Assembly (NCBI GenBank): GCA_040220235.1
Contig: JAVJTO010000135.1
DNA: 64,000 bases
Origin: Coleofasciculus sp. B1-GNL1-01
Lineage (GTDB): Bacteria; Cyanobacteriota; Cyanobacteriia; Cyanobacteriales; Coleofasciculaceae
Reading direction: 5' to 3' (one strand)
Both the position numbers and the translations under genes were made by a program. Under the pieces are notes generated by a model. It saw nothing but the letters and a program-made list of their open reading frames with translations. It was not told the DNA's origin and made no database searches. Shown piece after piece: positions 50,781-61,853 of this stretch. The stretch's first letter is position 1. Each line of letters begins with the position of its first letter.

Positions 50781-51037
50781 GGGAATCAGGGACAAAGGGT
50801 CAACTGCTGCGTCCCCTTGTGGGCGCAGCTTGTAACTAATGTATAGCATCACCTTGCTCAGGGAAAATGTACCCTTGCTTCCCCAGTTCCCCCAGCTTCC
50901 CCCGCTCCCCCTCACCACAACACTTATTCAGCAGCCCCTAAGTATTCAACCGGACATGAGATAACTTGCAAAAAGGATCGTTGGCGGTAGATGATAGGAG
51001 AGGAATCCACCCTGTAGGTGGTTAGCAGAATGAATGA

Positions 51038-52003
51038 ATGAATAATCTAGAGTTTTACGATTATAAGCCGCACCTAAGCAGCTTACGTGAGGAGATATTC
51101 AAGGGTTTGACTCAACCCCAAAAAGCGATCGCGCCCAAGTTCTTTTATGATAAACGGGGTTCGGAACTGTTTGATCAGATCTGTGAGGTGGAGGAATACT
51201 ATCCCACCCGTACAGAAATTTATCTGTTAAAAACCTATTGCGCTGACATTGCCCAACTCGTAGGTCAAGATTGCTTACTGATCGAGTATGGTAGTGGTAA
51301 TAGTACCAAAGTCCGCTTACTGTTAGATGCCTTGCCGCACCTAGCTGGGTATATGCCCATTGATATCTCTCAAGAACACATGCTGCAAGCGTCAGCAGAA
51401 CTAGCACAATGTTATCCTGACTTGGATGTGATCGCCGTTTGTGCAGATTATACCCAAGATTTTCAACTGCCACCCTACAGCAAAAAACCTGTTAATCACA
51501 AGCTAATTTTCTTTCCGGGTTCCACGATTGGCAATCTCGATCCCCAAGAAGCCATCCATCTTCTGAAACAGTCGTGTCGTCTTTTGGATAAAGGTGATGC
51601 CATGTTAATTGGTGTCGATTTGAAAAAAGACCCAGCTATTTTAAATGCTGCCTATAATGATGCCCAGGGAGTCACTGCGGAATTTAATCTCAACCTGCTA
51701 GAGCGGATTAATCAGGAGTTAAACGCTAATTTTGATTTATCCCACTTTCGCCACTGGGCTTTTTATAATCCAGATAAAAGCCGCATTGAGATGCACTTAG
51801 TCAGTCTCAAGGAACAAAGCGTCGTTATCGATAACACACCGTTCCACTTTCGTCAAGATGAAACGATTCACACCGAAAATTCATATAAATACAGCATTGA
51901 AGAGTTCCAGGATATGGCAAATTATGCTGGATTCGATGCTCAACAGGTATGGACAGATGCTGATCATCTCTTCAGTCTCCACTACCTAACGATTAGCCAT
52001 TAG
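51038..52003 (+). CDS. egtD: L-histidine N-alpha-methyltransferase
   Basis: PKFFYD.RGS.LF.QI..EEYYPTR.E, EYGSG, FPGSTIGN, AYND..GVT.EFN.N, IHTENSYKY. Confidence 0.92.
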   Translation: MNNLEFYDYKPHLSSLREEIFKGLTQPQKAIAPKFFYDKRGSELFDQICEVEEYYPTRTEIYLLKTYCADIAQLVGQDCLLIEYGSGNSTKVRLLLDALPHLAGYMPIDISQEHMLQASAELAQCYPDLDVIAVCADYTQDFQLPPYSKKPVNHKLIFFPGSTIGNLDPQEAIHLLKQSCRLLDKGDAMLIGVDLKKDPAILNAAYNDAQGVTAEFNLNLLERINQELNANFDLSHFRHWAFYNPDKSRIEMHLVSLKEQSVVIDNTPFHFRQDETIHTENSYKYSIEEFQDMANYAGFDAQQVWTDADHLFSLHYLTISH

Positions 52004-52122
52004 AAATTTTAATTCCCGGTTCCCTAGAAGGGCGGGTTTAGTCAAATTATCGGTTTATGGCAAAATGTGAGCGGTAAAACCCGCCCCTACATCCCTGTTC
52101 CCTATTCCCTGTTCCCTGAAAA

Positions 52123-53511
52123 ATGGCAAAAGCTGACAAAATAAACTTTTCTTGTCCGAGTGGTTTTCCCGAATTTCTCCCCGGCGAAAAGCGTCTGGAG
52201 ATGTATTTAATCGATACCATCCGCCAAGTTTTTGAGCGGTATGGATTCACACCCATCGAAACTCCAGCCGTTGAGCGATTAGAAGTCCTGCAAGCCAAAG
52301 GAAATCAAGGGGATAATATTATTTACGGGTTGCAACCAATTTTGCCGCCCAATCGCCAAGCTGAAAAAGAACAGGCGGGAGAAAGTGGTTCAGAAGAGAG
52401 AGCATTAAAGTTTGATCAGACGGTTCCCTTAGCAGCTTATATTGCCCGCCACCTGAATGAACTTCAGTTCCCCTTTGCTCGTTATCAGATAGATGTGGTA
52501 TTTCGGGGAGAACGGGCAAAAGCCGGACGCTATCGCCAATTTCGCCAATGTGATATTGATGTAGTGGGTCGGAATAAGCTGAGTTTACTCTATGATGCTC
52601 AAATTCCAGCGATTATTGCCGAAATTTTTACGGCGATTAATATAGGAGACTTTTTGATCCGCATCAACAATCGCAAAGTTCTCAGTGGATTTTTTGAGTC
52701 GATTGGTTTAGACGAGAGCAAAATTATGCCCTCTATCCGGATTGTAGATGCAGCCGAGAAAATTGGCGAATCAAAGGTGAAAAAAGCGCTCTTGTCTGAA
52801 GGGTTATCCGATGAACAAGTCGAGCAAATTCTGACCTTCACCAAGATTCAGGGTTCGGTAGATGAGGTGTTGGCACAATTAAACGCCATGCTTGAGGATA
52901 AACCAGACGCTCAGGTATTGAAAACGGGCATTGCTGAACTAGAAACGGTGATTACCGGAGTGCGGAATTTGGGGGTGAGCGATCGCGTATTTTGCATTGA
53001 CCTCTCCATTGCCCGTGGATTAGATTATTACACGGGAACAGTGTATGAAACAACACTGGTTGGTCACGAAGCCTTGGGCAGTATTTGTTCCGGGGGACGG
53101 TATGAAGAACTCGTGGGCATGTTTGTTGGGGATAAAATGCCAGGAGTAGGCATTTCCATCGGCTTAACTCGATTGATGAGTCGGTTGATTCAAGCCGGGA
53201 TTCTGGAGTCGTTCTCGTCTACACCCGCCCAAGTGATGGTGGTGAATATGCAAAGTGACCTGATGCCTTTATATTTAGAGGTATCTCAGAAACTGCGTCA
53301 GGCGGGAATTAGTACAATAACCAGTTTTGACGAGCGTTCTGTAGGCAAACAGTTACAGCAAGCTGATAAACGGGGAATTCCCTTTTGTGTCATTATTGGC
53401 TCGGAAGAAGCTGCTGCTCAAAAATGCGGTTTGAAAAACCTGAGAACCGGGGAGCAAATTGCTGTCAATATAGAGCAACTCGCTGATGAGGTTACCAAAC
53501 AATTAGCCTGA
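52123..53511 (+). CDS. hisS: Histidine--tRNA ligase
   Basis: GRYRQFRQCDID, ARGLDYYTG.VYE, SGGRY, GVGISIG..R, anticodon-binding C-terminal domain. Confidence 0.95.
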   Translation: MAKADKINFSCPSGFPEFLPGEKRLEMYLIDTIRQVFERYGFTPIETPAVERLEVLQAKGNQGDNIIYGLQPILPPNRQAEKEQAGESGSEERALKFDQTVPLAAYIARHLNELQFPFARYQIDVVFRGERAKAGRYRQFRQCDIDVVGRNKLSLLYDAQIPAIIAEIFTAINIGDFLIRINNRKVLSGFFESIGLDESKIMPSIRIVDAAEKIGESKVKKALLSEGLSDEQVEQILTFTKIQGSVDEVLAQLNAMLEDKPDAQVLKTGIAELETVITGVRNLGVSDRVFCIDLSIARGLDYYTGTVYETTLVGHEALGSICSGGRYEELVGMFVGDKMPGVGISIGLTRLMSRLIQAGILESFSSTPAQVMVVNMQSDLMPLYLEVSQKLRQAGISTITSFDERSVGKQLQQADKRGIPFCVIIGSEEAAAQKCGLKNLRTGEQIAVNIEQLADEVTKQLA

Positions 53512-53662
53512 GCATTCCTGTAGAGACGCGCCATGGCGTGTCTCTACAAAAGGAATAATTTTGTAGCATAAGTTACAGACAATTGGCTAATCATCCGCAT
53601 TAGGTGTGATTACTGGATTTCTGTTGCTAGCGATCGCGCATTTCAGAAAAAGGAACCATGAA

Positions 53663-54199
53663 CTACACTGCCACCAAAGCGTCTTGATAACGGTTATGGA
53701 GTAGACTGACATGAACTTGACTAAGAGCATACCAGGTTTGCTCACTGACCACGCCATCTTCCACTAAGCCATGATGGTTTTGGAATGATCGCACAGCGCG
53801 TTCTGTTTGTTCGCCAAAGTGACCATCAATTGGCGCAGCATAATCCTGAGTCAGATGCAGCACCCACTGTAAAGGAATCACCATATCATGTCGGCTACCT
53901 CGGTTTAGTACAGGCATATTAACGGGAGTACCCTGATAAAGGGCTTGCCACGTCAGGGAATCAACAATACCATCTGCTTTGAGGAACATACTTTGCTGAA
54001 ATTCCATCACAGCATCATGGACAGAGCAATCAAAATACCCCCCCATTGGACCCGTGTAGGTACCGCACTGAGCCAAAAGCTTTTGCAGTTCTAAAACCTC
54101 GGCTCCCACCGAACCCAGTTGCAGTATAGGTTTACGAACCGACGATTTAGCTGTGAGTCTAACCTTGGATGTTGTTTCTGGATTAAAAAGCGCTTGCAT
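53663..54199 (-). CDS. Peptidoglycan-binding domain protein (two PGBD repeats)
   Basis: L..GS.G.EV.ELQ..L...FQ....DGIV...TW occurs twice. Confidence 0.88.
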   Translation of the reverse strand: MQALFNPETTSKVRLTAKSSVRKPILQLGSVGAEVLELQKLLAQCGTYTGPMGGYFDCSVHDAVMEFQQSMFLKADGIVDSLTWQALYQGTPVNMPVLNRGSRHDMVIPLQWVLHLTQDYAAPIDGHFGEQTERAVRSFQNHHGLVEDGVVSEQTWYALSQVHVSLLHNRYQDALVAV

Positions 54200-54629
54200 A
54201 ATACAGAGCGTGACATTAAATTTAAGAGATTGTTGATGGCGGAGAACTTACCCTGACTAACCTAATCAGCCCAAAGAAAGGTCTTGTCAATCATCCGATT
54301 GGGTGAATTGGGTTCAAGGATGTAGTCTCTCTCAACTTAATCCTACAGTAGGTTCATCGGAAAGGAAATCACGCAAAAGCGATCGCGCCTGAGTGGGACG
54401 GTTCAAGAGTGCGATCGCTTAATTCAATTTAACGGATTTTATCTCAACCTGTGGAAACCCGCGCAGGCGGGTTTCGTTTGTGTAGCTGCGGTTTCAACTG
54501 AAGTTCCCCCAGCCAAAAAATCAAAACTGCCTCACCGTGCAGTGTACAGCACTTTCTAACACGGTGTAGTACAGGAAGATGAGATAGTGCTTTTCTACTC
54601 TTGGACAGGGTGTATCACATCGAGTCTGA

Positions 54630-54818
54630 AAACGCTGTAAGCATTGAGCAGCCCACCTGAAACGGTTATTCCTTGTAATGCTGGAATTGGGTCAACGGTT
54701 GTCAGGATACGATTCTTGACCTACTGAGCGGTTAATGTTGGGTCTTGAGACCAAATCACACTGGCAACACCTGCTACGTATTGTCACTACTATCATTTCC
54801 TGCTGAGGCAACAAATAA
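54630..54818 (-). pseudogene. Remnant of a subtilisin-like (S8) serine protease
   Basis: LFVASAGNDSSDN joined out of frame to YVAGVASVIWSQDPTLTAQ*VKNRILTTVDPIPALQGITVSGGLLNAY; TAG at 54723-54721. Confidence 0.75.
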
Positions 54819-55197
54819 GTAAATCGCCCTCAAACCCTTACTGTTCCATGTTTCCCGTTAAGAGTTTCCTAATATCTCAACCGTTAACTTTAAGTGTGTC
54901 CATCTACTTATCATCATTAGCCAAATCTATGTAAAGCTTTGTAACAAAAACTGACCTATTGCGTAAAAATTTCTCTCTCAGCCAGAGTGATCAGGTGAAC
55001 GCCCGAATTTAGAGGTATCTATAACTACAGAGAAATAGTGATCTCCAATACAAACATAGATTAATTCTATGATTCATGAAGAGTCAAAACTGAGGCTTGC
55101 TTTGAAAAGTATGAATAGTTAAGATAAAGGATTCTGCAAAAATGAAACCAATGAATGAAGAAATTAATAGGACGTATTTAAATCTGGAGATTAATAG

Positions 55198-56127
55198 ATG
55201 TCTAATATATCTCAAAAAACTGAGTTAATTAATTTAATTATTGAGGTCAATAAAACTGTCCCAGGAAGTATAGAGCGAAGGCAAAAGGTAACCAAACTGG
55301 TTGATCGAATCCTGCGATCGCGCCCAATATGCCGTCCACTTAAAGACCAACCCCTATCCAGTGCTTGTCAAGACATTTACCAAGCCGCACGCCAGCAACT
55401 TTTGGTTACTCTGTCCTCGGATATTGACCGCTACAATCCTGAAAATGAATCTTTAAGAGAATGGGCAAATCTACGGATGCGGGAAGCCTTTCAAGACATA
55501 CTCACTGACAACCGTCTGAAACTGCTAGCCCTAGAAGCGAAACAGCATCCAGCCCAGACGCAGCAACGCCAATATCTCTTAACTGAACTCATTAATGCAA
55601 TTCAACTCTCCCGGAGACTGATCCATCCCCGCCGAGGTGAACTTTCTCGTGATTTTTATAACTTAATTTATGATGATGCCGTAAATCGAACATTGCTTTA
55701 TGTTTTCCAAAAAATTGACTTATATGACCCAGAACGAGGAAATGGAGTATTTATGAATTGGGTTAACTTTAGACTGGATAGAACATTAAGAGACATCCGA
55801 GCCTCTTACCAGATTACCCAAGATAAACCAATTGCTATCGAGGAAATAGAGACTATAGGCGAAACTAAAGATGTTCCCACGACATTTGAAATAATCATGC
55901 ACTATATAGAACGTGATCCCGATAAAATTTTTCAACAGGAGGTGATCAAGAAAAATCCTAACGCCAGCTTCCAAGCCATATTTTTAGCGAAACGCATTCA
56001 GGGGAAAAGCTGGAAAGAGATTTCTGAAGAGTTGGGAATTCCCGTGACAACCTTGAGTAGTTTCTATTGGCGTTGTATTCAACGGTTTGCCCCAAGGATT
56101 AAACAGTATGTCCAAGACTGTGCCTAA
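55198..56127 (+). CDS. Sigma-70 (ECF-like) factor-related protein
   Basis: Duplicated region-2-like segments (IDRYNPE...W; IDLYDPERG...FMNWVNFRL) and a region-4 HTH SWKEISEELGIPVTTLSSFY. Confidence 0.7.
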   Translation: MSNISQKTELINLIIEVNKTVPGSIERRQKVTKLVDRILRSRPICRPLKDQPLSSACQDIYQAARQQLLVTLSSDIDRYNPENESLREWANLRMREAFQDILTDNRLKLLALEAKQHPAQTQQRQYLLTELINAIQLSRRLIHPRRGELSRDFYNLIYDDAVNRTLLYVFQKIDLYDPERGNGVFMNWVNFRLDRTLRDIRASYQITQDKPIAIEEIETIGETKDVPTTFEIIMHYIERDPDKIFQQEVIKKNPNASFQAIFLAKRIQGKSWKEISEELGIPVTTLSSFYWRCIQRFAPRIKQYVQDCA

Positions 56128-56259
56128 GTTCGTCATTGGTCATTAGTCATTTGTCATTTGTAATGATTTGAGTACGATTTACAGAACGGGTGGAGTGTTC
56201 AGTTTATTTTCAACAACCCACTTATTAGATTACAGCGACACCGATAAACAGGAGAAAAC

Positions 56260-57195
56260 GTGATGATTCATATCAATAAAGCCTCGATGTCTAAAGTTAA
56301 GCTAGGTTGGCAAGCCCATCAAAACGCCAAACAGTTTCGTCAACATCAATCTACTCCCTTCAATTTTGTCAACGCGCAGCAGGTTTATCTGAATACCCTA
56401 GCCGTGTATGCAGTTAACGACTACCTCAAGCGCCAAGGAATAGAGACAGATTTAACTGGAAGTGATAGCTGGGACCCATTAATCCAGTCTTTAGCCAATA
56501 TTGCCGACTTAAAGGTTAAACGGCACGAGCAATGGGTAAAACTTGAGTGTCGTCCTGTGTTCTCGGATACAAACTTTGTTTACATTCCAGCGGAAGTTTG
56601 GGAAGATAGGATTGGTTATGTTGCCGTCGGGATGAATGAATCCCTCACCGAAGCAACATTACTGGGTTTTACTCAAACTGTGACTACGGAGGAGTTATCT
56701 CTTAACCAGTTCCAATCTTTGGATAATTTGCTCAAGTGTCTTCAACTCAAACGTGAACCTAAACCTCTGGTTCAGTTAAATCAATGGTTTGATAGTATTG
56801 TGGCAGAGGGTTGGCAAACTGTTGAAGCATTATTGGGTACACCAGACGTTAGTCTAGCCTTCAGAAGTGTCAATCCGGCGACGGTGAAGCGGGGGAAGAT
56901 AATCCAACTGAAAGACCAAAGTCTAGCACTGATACTTGACCTGAATCAAGACAATGAACAAAATGTTCGCATCCGGGTTAAAGTTCGTTCTTTAACGAGT
57001 AACACCTCTTTACCCGCAGGTATCAAGTTAATGGTACTGGATGAAACTGGAGAATCTTTTCAAGAAACTCAAGCCGGAAACGCTGACCATTCTATTCAAA
57101 CTAAACCCTTTCAGTTTATTGATCAACCTGAGGAACAATTTACCGTTAAAGTGGTGCTGGGTGAGGAGAGCGTAACGGAGGATTTTATAATTTAA
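56260..57195 (+). CDS. DUF1822 family protein
   Basis: YLNTLAV.AV..YL, LECRPV, P.EVWEDRIGYVAV, ATLLGF, L.QW, F.VKV.LG..SVTEDF. Confidence 0.88.
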   Translation: MMIHINKASMSKVKLGWQAHQNAKQFRQHQSTPFNFVNAQQVYLNTLAVYAVNDYLKRQGIETDLTGSDSWDPLIQSLANIADLKVKRHEQWVKLECRPVFSDTNFVYIPAEVWEDRIGYVAVGMNESLTEATLLGFTQTVTTEELSLNQFQSLDNLLKCLQLKREPKPLVQLNQWFDSIVAEGWQTVEALLGTPDVSLAFRSVNPATVKRGKIIQLKDQSLALILDLNQDNEQNVRIRVKVRSLTSNTSLPAGIKLMVLDETGESFQETQAGNADHSIQTKPFQFIDQPEEQFTVKVVLGEESVTEDFII

Positions 57196-57219
57196 ACTGA
57201 GGAAAGCCAGAACATAACT

Positions 57220-59463
57220 ATGGGTAAGGTCGTTAAACTTAATTTAGAACATGGGAATTTTAGCCAAGGGTTTCAGATTACCCTAGAAATTGGTGATGAG
57301 AGTTTTCCGCATCGTCAAATCCGGACAGGTGGTAGTCTACCCGCTAATTTACAGGTTTCTGGAAACTATGATAATTGGAAACAAACCTATCGCCGCTTAG
57401 AAACAGCGTTCAGGCGTCCAGTTATTCTAGATGAAGAAACCGAACTCCTCCCCCCTGTCTCTGCTGATGAATGTCAAGTCTTATTTGATACCCTAAAAGG
57501 TAGTATTAATCATTGGCTTAGGGCTGAAGAGTTTCGCCGTGTCAAAGAGCAATTACTCAGAGAGTTAGACGAAGACGAAGAAATTCGCGTCATTATCCGC
57601 ACCAGTGAACACAATTTGCGGAAATTACCCTGGGATACGTGGGACTTTTTTGATGAGTTTCCCAATGCGGCTGTGGCGATTAGTCCGACAGAACATGATG
57701 TCGGAACTCCGGTTAAACCGAAAAATAAAGTCAGAATTTTGGCAATTTTAGGCAATAGCCAGGGAATTGATATTGCCAGAGACAGAGGGTTACTCGAAGG
57801 TTTACCCCAAGCGGATGTCCGCTTTCTGGTGGAACCGCAACGTCAAGAATTTGAAACCCTGTGGAGTGAAGAGTGGGATATTCTTTTCTTTGCGGGACAT
57901 AGTTACTCTCAAGGAGATGGCGATTGCGGTTATATTTATATTAACCAAACCGAGAAGCTAGCCATTAGCGAGTTAAGAAATACCCTAAAACGAGCGATTA
58001 AGAAAGGGTTACAACTGGCGATTTTTAATTCCTGTGATGGTTTAGGATTAGCCAATGAGTTGCAGCGCCTGAATATCCCGCAAATGATTGTCATGCGGGA
58101 ACCTGTACCGGATAAGTTTGCTCAAGAATTTTTGAGATATTTTCTGGAATCGTTTTCCAGTGGCAAATCCTTGTATACTTCAGTCCGAGAAGCCCGGGAA
58201 AAGCTACATGATTTATCGGATATTGAGAGAAGGTTTCCGGGTGCAAGTCTATTACCGGTGATTTGCCAAAATCCTACAGTTTTACCCGTGAAGTGGGACG
58301 ATTTTTTGGCAAAGAAAAAGCCTGAGGTTAACTCCGAATCAGGGGAGTCGGTTGAACCGCCAATTTTACCTGAAGATAAACAGACGTTACCCCAACCGAT
58401 TTCTCCGGAACAGTCGGCGACTGAGGATAAAGCTCTCCAGGTTTCATCCCCAGGGAAAAAGCCAATCGGTAAACTAATAGGTATCGGAGTTTTGGGCGGC
58501 GCTATTTGTATCTCAGCCATCAGCGGTTGGTTATGGTGGAAACGCCTTATCTGTTCATTGAACGATAATCGGATACCATTCATGATTAATATTCCCCAAG
58601 GACAACTGTTTAATTATGGGGGAAGTACAACTTGGGTTCCTCTTGCTCAACCCTTTCACGAACAGATCAAGATAGCCTTGCCCGATTTTCAGCTCAATCC
58701 ACCCAAGTATAGTGGTTCAGTGGAGGGAATTGAACAGGTATTGGGAGGATATTTTGCCTTCAGTCTATCCTCTACCCATCTGCGAAAAAAAGATTTAGCC
58801 GAGGCGAGACAGCAAGGCTATGAACTGATTCAGGCACCAGTGGCAATTGACGCGATCGCAGTCGGGGTAAATCCGCAACTAAATGTTCCTAACCTAACCT
58901 TAACTCAGCTTAAAGATATTTATACCGGAAAAATTAGCAACTGGCAACAAGTGGGAGGTCCGGATGTGCCGATTACTCCCTACTCCCGCGCACCCGAAGG
59001 CGGAACCGTGCGATTTTTTACCGATGCGGTTTTAGGAGGACAACCGTTTAATACCCAAATTGTCCAATTTGTTGATTCGACAACCACGGGAATCGGTAAA
59101 GTCACCAATGATCTAGGTGGGATTTACTACGCCTCAGCACCGGAAATTGTCTCTCAATGTGGAATTCGCCCTTTACCGTTGGGACTTCCAGGAAAGACGG
59201 CGATTGCTCCCTATCAGGGTGAGTTAGTTCCCCTGGAGTCTTGTCCCCAGCATCGCAATCAGGTTAATTTAGCCGCTTTTAAAAGTGGAGAGTATCCTTT
59301 AACTCGCAACTTATTTGTGATTATTAAAGATTTTCCAGGTGAGAATAATGCCCAGGAACAAGCTGGGAGAGCGTATACTAATTTGATAGTAACGGGTAAG
59401 GGTCAAGGGATGGTAAAAGAACCGGGATTTGTTCCGGTTGCTCAAGCTTGTCCGTCGCCCTAG
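57220..59463 (+). CDS. CHAT (caspase-like) domain + TM + PstS-like substrate-binding domain protein
   Basis: LPW, ILFFAGHS, IFNSCDGLGLA, MREPVPD; TM segment; GGSTT, GS..GI, VAIDAIAV.VNP, YPL.R.L. Confidence 0.88.
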   Translation: MGKVVKLNLEHGNFSQGFQITLEIGDESFPHRQIRTGGSLPANLQVSGNYDNWKQTYRRLETAFRRPVILDEETELLPPVSADECQVLFDTLKGSINHWLRAEEFRRVKEQLLRELDEDEEIRVIIRTSEHNLRKLPWDTWDFFDEFPNAAVAISPTEHDVGTPVKPKNKVRILAILGNSQGIDIARDRGLLEGLPQADVRFLVEPQRQEFETLWSEEWDILFFAGHSYSQGDGDCGYIYINQTEKLAISELRNTLKRAIKKGLQLAIFNSCDGLGLANELQRLNIPQMIVMREPVPDKFAQEFLRYFLESFSSGKSLYTSVREAREKLHDLSDIERRFPGASLLPVICQNPTVLPVKWDDFLAKKKPEVNSESGESVEPPILPEDKQTLPQPISPEQSATEDKALQVSSPGKKPIGKLIGIGVLGGAICISAISGWLWWKRLICSLNDNRIPFMINIPQGQLFNYGGSTTWVPLAQPFHEQIKIALPDFQLNPPKYSGSVEGIEQVLGGYFAFSLSSTHLRKKDLAEARQQGYELIQAPVAIDAIAVGVNPQLNVPNLTLTQLKDIYTGKISNWQQVGGPDVPITPYSRAPEGGTVRFFTDAVLGGQPFNTQIVQFVDSTTTGIGKVTNDLGGIYYASAPEIVSQCGIRPLPLGLPGKTAIAPYQGELVPLESCPQHRNQVNLAAFKSGEYPLTRNLFVIIKDFPGENNAQEQAGRAYTNLIVTGKGQGMVKEPGFVPVAQACPSP

Positions 59464-60371
59464 TGCAGCTTGGCGAAAATACTTGAGCAGCTTCGTAGAT
59501 ACGATGAAGCTGGGGAAGCAGAGGGAGCTGGGGGAGCTGGGAGAGCTGAGGGAGCAAAGGATAAAAAAATGATTAGCTGGTGGGGGAATTATTTAGTTGT
59601 CTGTGTCAATCTGTGTGCTTGACTATTTAATGTTCTAGAAAGTGCCATTTATTATGTGTACTCTGTGTTTTTGTCAATAGTTGGCAATGATTTTTATCAT
59701 AACTTTAACAAAATACATGCGTCCCAGGGGGAGGTTGGGAGTGAGACGAAAACCGTCAATTATACAAAGTCTTACGAAGATTCAAGGGTTTTAGCTGTAT
59801 CAAAATTATTTTTGCCCACAAAAAACCCACCATAGATAGTATACCTGAAAATCGCACAAGTTTCTCACAATCGCTGCAACCCTTGAAAATTCGTAGCTTT
59901 TTCCCAAAATGAGGTAAAAAACGAGCAATTATGACGTTTTGTTGAGACGAGATCCTGATTGAAAAAATTAAACCGTTCTGGGGGAAAGAATAGTTTAACT
60001 TATCAGAGCTTGACAAATTAAGCCGAGGTGTTGCCTATTGCAAGAAAGCCTAGCGCGTAGCGCTATAGAATTGAGTCAAGCTAAGGAAATGTCAGTAGCG
60101 AAGCAGAAAGAAAGAGCTAAGTGGTATGTAGTGAATTATGGTTATCAAAAGAAGTGCGATCGCTCGCTGTGCCGGATCGGATTTGTCTAAAGTCCACTAT
60201 TAATCAAGTGTCCGATTATGCCATTAGAGAATGAAGCGAAGCGAAATGAAGAATATCTCCAGATACTGATGCTTATTCCGACGCTTGTTACGCTACTGGA
60301 TTGACACAGCTAAAATGGTGGAGTAGATTCTACCGTTAAATCGGGCGCAAAGCAATAAGCCCCTACAGTTT

Positions 60372-61853
60372 ATGCACTACTCATCGTTATTGGTGTTACT
60401 ATCCTTATCCCTATCGTTCCCGCTACTTTCACCCTCAACGGCAAATGCCCAAGATACAACAGCACAATCTAGCTTTGCCCAAGGATTTTGGCGTCCAGCC
60501 GAAGGACTGGTTCAAGAACAACTGAATTTGATTAATCGGATTGAGCGAGCATACTACAGTCCTAATGTATATCAAGTAGAAGCGACGCGATCGCAACTTT
60601 TCTTACATCTCGGCAAAGTGGAACGCTTCTTGAATAGTCAGTATCGAATTCCCCAGTTTCTCTGTAATAACGGAACGCCTGATCCCGATGTTCCTGCACC
60701 GTTAACCTTACCCCAGCGACAGGTGTACTGCAATCTTTATGTATCCACCCAGAAGCTGGAACCCATGGTTGATCTGTTAGATATGCGGTTACCGATGCTA
60801 GCGGGGTTAGCCGCACCCAGTACCCTACCATTAGATGATCAACGTCCAGGATTGCGGTTGAATTTAGCCACACCACTTCGTCCTGAATTTGCACCTGTAC
60901 CCGACTTCCCCGAACCCGAACCGCCTGTCTTGGGTATGCCGACAAAGCGCCCCCTGACAGACTATCAGAGACAACCGCGACAACCTGCGATCGCGCCTCC
61001 AGAAGCTGTCACCCAAACCCTTTTAGCCGCACGGGAACAATTATTACCCACATTACCAGCATTTCCCGACTCGGCTCGTATTATTGACCCTGGTGTCTAC
61101 TCAGTCATTCCCACCCAAAGTACTTTGGGTCTTTTACCCTTAGAACCCCAACGATATGCCGACTTTCTTGACCAACCCAACACCGGAATTGCCCGTATCT
61201 TTCTCGCCGAAAGCTATCAACCTGATCCCAATAAGCTGCGAAACCGCTTGCAATCTCCCCTCCCCCAACCCTTTCCCTTAACGACTGGGGTTGAATCGGC
61301 GACGGACTCCGTTCCTAGCTTGGCGTTGGAAATTGAAAATGGAAACTTCACTATTCCTTTGCAGGGGCTGGATTATGGTTTTATCGTCAATTTGGGCGAC
61401 GTTTCTTTAGACGAACTCGACGCCAATCTCAACACAATTCCTACGCTTACACCTGAACAACGGGATTTATTCCTAAATTATCGTCCGCCCAATGAAGTAG
61501 AAGCTTTACAAATAGACCAACGGCGCTTTTATACAGGTAAAGATGGGATTGGGTTTGTCCCGCCTTTAAGTCCACCTGCGGCTACAGGTTCAGAGGTAAA
61601 ATTAAATAACACCTATTTGGTCAGATTAATTCAATTCCAGTTACCCGAAGCTGTACTTGAAGGAGAACCAATTTCCCGGGCGCAGCGCCGTTATTTACCA
61701 GACATTCTCAACACACCGAGTAGCGATGTTATTGTGGCGTTTCAACCGGTTCACCAGCGTTTAGATGGGAGTTATACCGTGCTGTGGCGTTTACTGTATC
61801 GGTTTAGTGATCCCCAAATTGAAAATTTAGCCGAATATGTTGATTTAGAGTAG
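60372..61853 (+). CDS. Secreted hypothetical protein
   Basis: Signal peptide ending ANA; long Pro-rich ORF. Confidence 0.75.
   Translation: MHYSSLLVLLSLSLSFPLLSPSTANAQDTTAQSSFAQGFWRPAEGLVQEQLNLINRIERAYYSPNVYQVEATRSQLFLHLGKVERFLNSQYRIPQFLCNNGTPDPDVPAPLTLPQRQVYCNLYVSTQKLEPMVDLLDMRLPMLAGLAAPSTLPLDDQRPGLRLNLATPLRPEFAPVPDFPEPEPPVLGMPTKRPLTDYQRQPRQPAIAPPEAVTQTLLAAREQLLPTLPAFPDSARIIDPGVYSVIPTQSTLGLLPLEPQRYADFLDQPNTGIARIFLAESYQPDPNKLRNRLQSPLPQPFPLTTGVESATDSVPSLALEIENGNFTIPLQGLDYGFIVNLGDVSLDELDANLNTIPTLTPEQRDLFLNYRPPNEVEALQIDQRRFYTGKDGIGFVPPLSPPAATGSEVKLNNTYLVRLIQFQLPEAVLEGEPISRAQRRYLPDILNTPSSDVIVAFQPVHQRLDGSYTVLWRLLYRFSDPQIENLAEYVDLE

Noticed and set aside
54200..54480. Riboswitch (e.g. c-di-AMP) upstream of the peptidoglycan-binding gene
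   Set aside because: I could not match conserved aptamer motifs; only HIP1 sites and a REP-like hairpin are visible. An Rfam scan would settle it.
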